Source: an uncultured Anaerolineales bacterium (GTDB taxonomy: Bacteria > Chloroflexota > Anaerolineae > B4-G1). Taken from it: 64,000 nucleotides of DNA. Under the pieces are notes generated by a model that was not told the origin of the DNA, searched no databases, and worked only from the letters and a program-made list of their open reading frames with translations. Where the stretch lies: contig CAZKDJ010000002.1 in assembly GCA_964551295.1 (NCBI GenBank), forward strand, positions 1,096-65,095. Reading direction: 5' to 3'. Within the stretch, counting starts at the first letter, position 1; each line of letters begins with the position of its first letter. A program made the position numbers and the translations under genes. Below are positions 61,229-64,000 of this stretch, piece by piece.

Positions 61229-63540
61229 TGAGCGAGCGGGTGGCGCGGTGGACGCTGTCCCTCATCGTGGGAAGTTACCTGATTCTGGGGCTGGCCTACA
61301 GCCTGGTCAATCCCGTTTTCGAAAGTCCCGACGAGGCGCTGAACTATGCCAACATCCGCTTCTTTGTCGAGCAGCGCAGCCTACCGGTGCTGGAGCCGGA
61401 CGAGGTGAGCAAGGCCCATCACCCGCCGCTCTACTACGCGCTGGGGGCGTTCGTTACCTTCTGGGTGCCAGACGACAATTTTGATGCCATCGTCGCGCGG
61501 GAGAATCCCTTCTGGGCATACAAGTTGGAACCCGGAGTGGATAACAAAAGCCTGTACCTACACGATCCAGAGTTGGAGGGCTTTCGGGATGCGGCCCTGG
61601 GTGTGCTGCTGGTGCGCTGGTTATCGCTGCTGATGGGGGCGGGGACGGTCCTGTGCGTGTACGGTACGGCGCGGGAGTTGTTCCCCCGCCGGATGGGACT
61701 GGCGGTAGGCGCGGCGGCGCTGGTGGCCTTTAACCCCATGTTTCTGTTCATCAACGCATCCGTTCACGACGATCCGCTGGCGAACCTGGTGGCGGCGGGT
61801 GTGCTTTACGTGACCACGAGAATCCTCGTGCGCGGCGTGACGGTACGGCGGGGGGCGGTCCTGGGTCTGCTGGTCGGATTGGCCATCCTGACCAAGTTGA
61901 CCTGCCTGCTGGTGCTGCCCACGGTTGGACTGGCCCTGCTGTACGGCTCCCTGGTTGGACATGGTGCCGTAGCCGCGATTTCCGATCTCGCGCGGTTGGG
62001 AAACCGCGCCTACGGCGTGCGCGATGGGTGGCGGCAGCTTCTACAAGTCGGAGCCACCGTCGCCCTGGTGGCGCTCCTGGTCGGCGGGTGGTGGTTCGTG
62101 CGCAACCAGATTCTCTACGGCGACCCAACCAGTATGAGTCGCCAGATGGAGGCGTGGGAGGACGAACGGCCGGGCGGCCCGGATATCGTGGCGGCGGTAC
62201 GCGAACTGGGTTTTTTGCACGACTCGGCCTGGGGCGCCTTTGGCTACGGGCAAATCCCGCTGCCGGGCTGGACCTATGGGCTGGCGCGGCTGCTGGGGTT
62301 GGTGGCTTTGGGCGGGCTGGTTCTCTTTTGGATTCGCCGCCACTCTGGACGGGTTCCCTGGGAGCGGCCGTCGCTCGCGCTGCTGATCGTGTTCAGCGGC
62401 CCGCTGGTGGTCTTGGCGACCATTTTTGTCCGCATGGTCTTCATCGACACGGCCAACTTTGGCCGCTACCTGTTCGTCTCGTTGGCGTTTCTGTCGCCGC
62501 TCTATGTGCTGGGGTTGAGCGAGTGGCTGCGGCCACGCGCCCGCCGCTGGTTGCCGATTGGGCTGGCGCTCGCCACGCTGGCCCTGGCGCTCTTTGCCCT
62601 CTTTGGCGTCTTGCGGCCCGCCTACGCGTCCCTGGCGATGCGCTCTGTCGAAGAGATTCAGGCCCGCACCCAACCTGCCGATTTGCGCTTTGGCGATTCG
62701 ATTCGCCTGGTGGGTTACGCCATCGACCGCGGCTGCGTTCTGCCCGGTGGTGAGGTGACCATCACCCTGTGCTGGCAGGCGCTCGCGCCGACGGAGGAGG
62801 ACTATGTCTACTTTGTCCACATCCTCGGGCCGGAGGAGAGCAAGGCGGGAGCGCGCGATACCCACCCCGGCCTAGGCCGCTACCCCACGGGGCGCTGGTC
62901 GCCTGGCGATGCCTTTTGCGACGACGTGCGTGTCACGGTGGGGAAGGATGCCCCTGCCCCGGCAGTCTATGACGTTGCGGTGGGGTGGTACTTGTACGAG
63001 GACGCCCGGTTGAAAGAGCACCTGCCCGCCTACGATGCGAGCGGCGCACCACTGGAGCTGGTGACGCTGGGCAAGGTCAAGGTCCGGCCTGAGGCGTATG
63101 CCACCGTCGAGGTGCCCCATCGGCTCGACGCCAACCTGGGCGGACGGGTCATGTTGCTCGGCTACGACATAGACCGGCGGGCGGTCGCGCCTGGTGGAGA
63201 GATCAACGTCACCCTCTACTGGGCGGCCCAGGTCCCCGTGCCCGTCGACTACAGCGTCTTCCTGCACCTCGCCGCTCCCGAGGGGGCGCCGTATGCCCAG
63301 GCCGATGGTCATCCCCAGCACGGCGCTTACCCAACCTCCTTCTTGGACGTGGGCGAGGTCGTGGCCGATCCCCGTACCGTCGTCGTCCCCGCTGATCTAC
63401 CGCCGGGCGAGTATCCGCTGGTGGCGGGGATGTATTTTCTAGAGACGGGGGAGCGTCTGTCGTGGCTAGCGCCTGATGGAAGCGCTCGGGGCGATGCCGT
63501 GCCGCTGCTGACGCTCGCGGTTAGCGTCGACGCCCCTTGA
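61225..63540 (+). CDS. GT39-like GT-C membrane protein, class E, with 2 C-terminal modules
   Basis: GTGATG junction (start GTG 61225 or ATG 61228). NPVFESPDEALNYANIRFF...HHPPLYYA. Modules contain ITLCWQALAPTEEDYVYFVHILG and VTLYWAAQVPVPVDYSVFLHLAA...YPTSFLDVGE. Confidence 0.82.
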   Translation: MMSERVARWTLSLIVGSYLILGLAYSLVNPVFESPDEALNYANIRFFVEQRSLPVLEPDEVSKAHHPPLYYALGAFVTFWVPDDNFDAIVARENPFWAYKLEPGVDNKSLYLHDPELEGFRDAALGVLLVRWLSLLMGAGTVLCVYGTARELFPRRMGLAVGAAALVAFNPMFLFINASVHDDPLANLVAAGVLYVTTRILVRGVTVRRGAVLGLLVGLAILTKLTCLLVLPTVGLALLYGSLVGHGAVAAISDLARLGNRAYGVRDGWRQLLQVGATVALVALLVGGWWFVRNQILYGDPTSMSRQMEAWEDERPGGPDIVAAVRELGFLHDSAWGAFGYGQIPLPGWTYGLARLLGLVALGGLVLFWIRRHSGRVPWERPSLALLIVFSGPLVVLATIFVRMVFIDTANFGRYLFVSLAFLSPLYVLGLSEWLRPRARRWLPIGLALATLALALFALFGVLRPAYASLAMRSVEEIQARTQPADLRFGDSIRLVGYAIDRGCVLPGGEVTITLCWQALAPTEEDYVYFVHILGPEESKAGARDTHPGLGRYPTGRWSPGDAFCDDVRVTVGKDAPAPAVYDVAVGWYLYEDARLKEHLPAYDASGAPLELVTLGKVKVRPEAYATVEVPHRLDANLGGRVMLLGYDIDRRAVAPGGEINVTLYWAAQVPVPVDYSVFLHLAAPEGAPYAQADGHPQHGAYPTSFLDVGEVVADPRTVVVPADLPPGEYPLVAGMYFLETGERLSWLAPDGSARGDAVPLLTLAVSVDAP

Positions 63541-63555
63541 GTGTATCACGAAAAA

Positions 63556-63613
63556 TCTCTTGCTGGATTGCCAAATCCAGCAGAATGTGGCGGATTTGGC
63601 AATCCGCCAAGAG
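63556..63613. repeat. REPIN-like doublet of inverted REP hairpins
   Basis: TGCTGGATTGCCAAATCCAGCA (63561-63582) and TGGCGGATTTGGCAATCCGCCA (63588-63609). The loops GCCA and TGGC are reverse complements. The pair is bracketed by CTCTTG / CAAGAG. Confidence 0.6.
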
Positions 63614-63633
63614 CATTGCGTGGATTGCTGCTC

Positions 63634-63662
63634 TTGAGGTTTTTGGTGGTATAGGGTAGAAT
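63634..63662 (+). promoter_or_regulatory. Sigma70-type promoter TTGAGG-17-TAGAAT for the ZIP transporter gene
   Basis: TTGAGG at 63634-63639, 17-nt spacer, TAGAAT at 63657-63662. AGGAGGGA SD and ATG 63690 lie downstream. Confidence 0.45.
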
Positions 63663-63689
63663 CCCGAGGACTACAATCAGGAGGGACGC

Positions 63690-64000
63690 ATGACGATCGT
63701 TGAATGGTTGCGGGGACTGAATCCCATTGTACAGGCGCTGATAGGCACGGGCTTTACCTGGTTTTTGACCGCCCTGGGAGCGGGATTGGTCTTTTTTTTC
63801 AAGAGTATCAATCGCAAGGTTCTGGATGGCATGCTGGGCTTTGCCGCGGGCGTCATGATTGCCGCGAGCTACTGGTCGCTTTTGGCACCCGCCATCGAGA
63901 TGGCGGAGGAATCAGGCGGATTGCCTGCCTGGGTTCCGGCCGTCGCCGGGTTTCTGCTAGGCGGCGCGTTCCTCTGGCTGGTGGACAAGCTGCTGCCTCA
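63690..64000 (+). CDS. ZIP-family (ZupT/GufA-like) divalent metal transporter, 5' part; runs off the right window edge
   Basis: My own translation gives MTIVEWLRGLNPIVQALIGTGFTWFLTALGAGLVFFFKSINRKVLDGMLGFAAGVMIAASYWSLLAPAIEMAEESGGLPAWVPAVAGFLLGGAFLWLVDKLLP. The GFAAGVM...SLL.PAIE...D..LPH pattern is typical of ZIP transporters. Confidence 0.75.
   Translation, partial: MTIVEWLRGLNPIVQALIGTGFTWFLTALGAGLVFFFKSINRKVLDGMLGFAAGVMIAASYWSLLAPAIEMAEESGGLPAWVPAVAGFLLGGAFLWLVDKLLP

Noticed and set aside
11815-63540. Possibility that the paralogue array is an assembly artefact (collapsed or duplicated repeats)
   Set aside because: The copies are strongly diverged at the nucleotide and protein level, differ in GC, and have unique junctions, promoters and insertions. 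Near-identical repeats, which an artefact would produce, are absent.

Overview
High-GC bacterial window with lower-GC patches. The style resembles Chloroflexota, but that is only an impression. It splits into two parts.

(1) Positions 1-11.8 kb are an accessory, defence-island-like stretch. It holds a decayed IS/RHS/NTPase remnant zone, a MazEF-like TA pair, a vWA + PP2C + Ser/Thr-kinase triad (TerY-P type), an IS200/IS605-type Y1 transposase flanked by hairpin blocks, a Glu/Leu/Phe/Val-type dehydrogenase fused to a CBS pair, and a HicBA pair. The TerY-P kinase is fused to a TM helix, a 7-bladed WD40 propeller and two CarboxypepD_reg-like domains.

(2) Positions 11.8-63.5 kb (about 80% of the window) are one co-directional array of 20 large paralogous polytopic membrane proteins. 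I read them as GT-C-fold (GT39/ArnT/PMT-like and related) glycosyltransferase homologues. Eighteen of them end in 1-3 copies of one ~125-135-aa soluble module, 31 copies by eye (signature W-Q ... Y-x-x-F-V-H-L ... P-T-x-W ... G-E). The array is organised into about 5-6 operons. These sit behind near-identical TTGnCn-16/17-TAnAAT promoters, three of which look leaderless, and the genes are joined by GTGA/ATGA start-stop overlaps. The only non-member gene inside the array is a secreted beta-helix/PKD protein.

Other notable features:
- A previously unrecognised-looking MITE with 8-bp target-site duplications, present in two copies. One copy is inserted in frame in the 5' end of an array gene. 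The other carries a G24/C19 homopolymer core.
- A mosaic paralogue that points to gene conversion or domain shuffling.
- A 7-bp microsatellite inside three CDSs.
- A family of REP/REPIN-like palindromes.

The window ends with the 5' part of a ZIP-family metal transporter. I saw no rRNA, tRNA or CRISPR.
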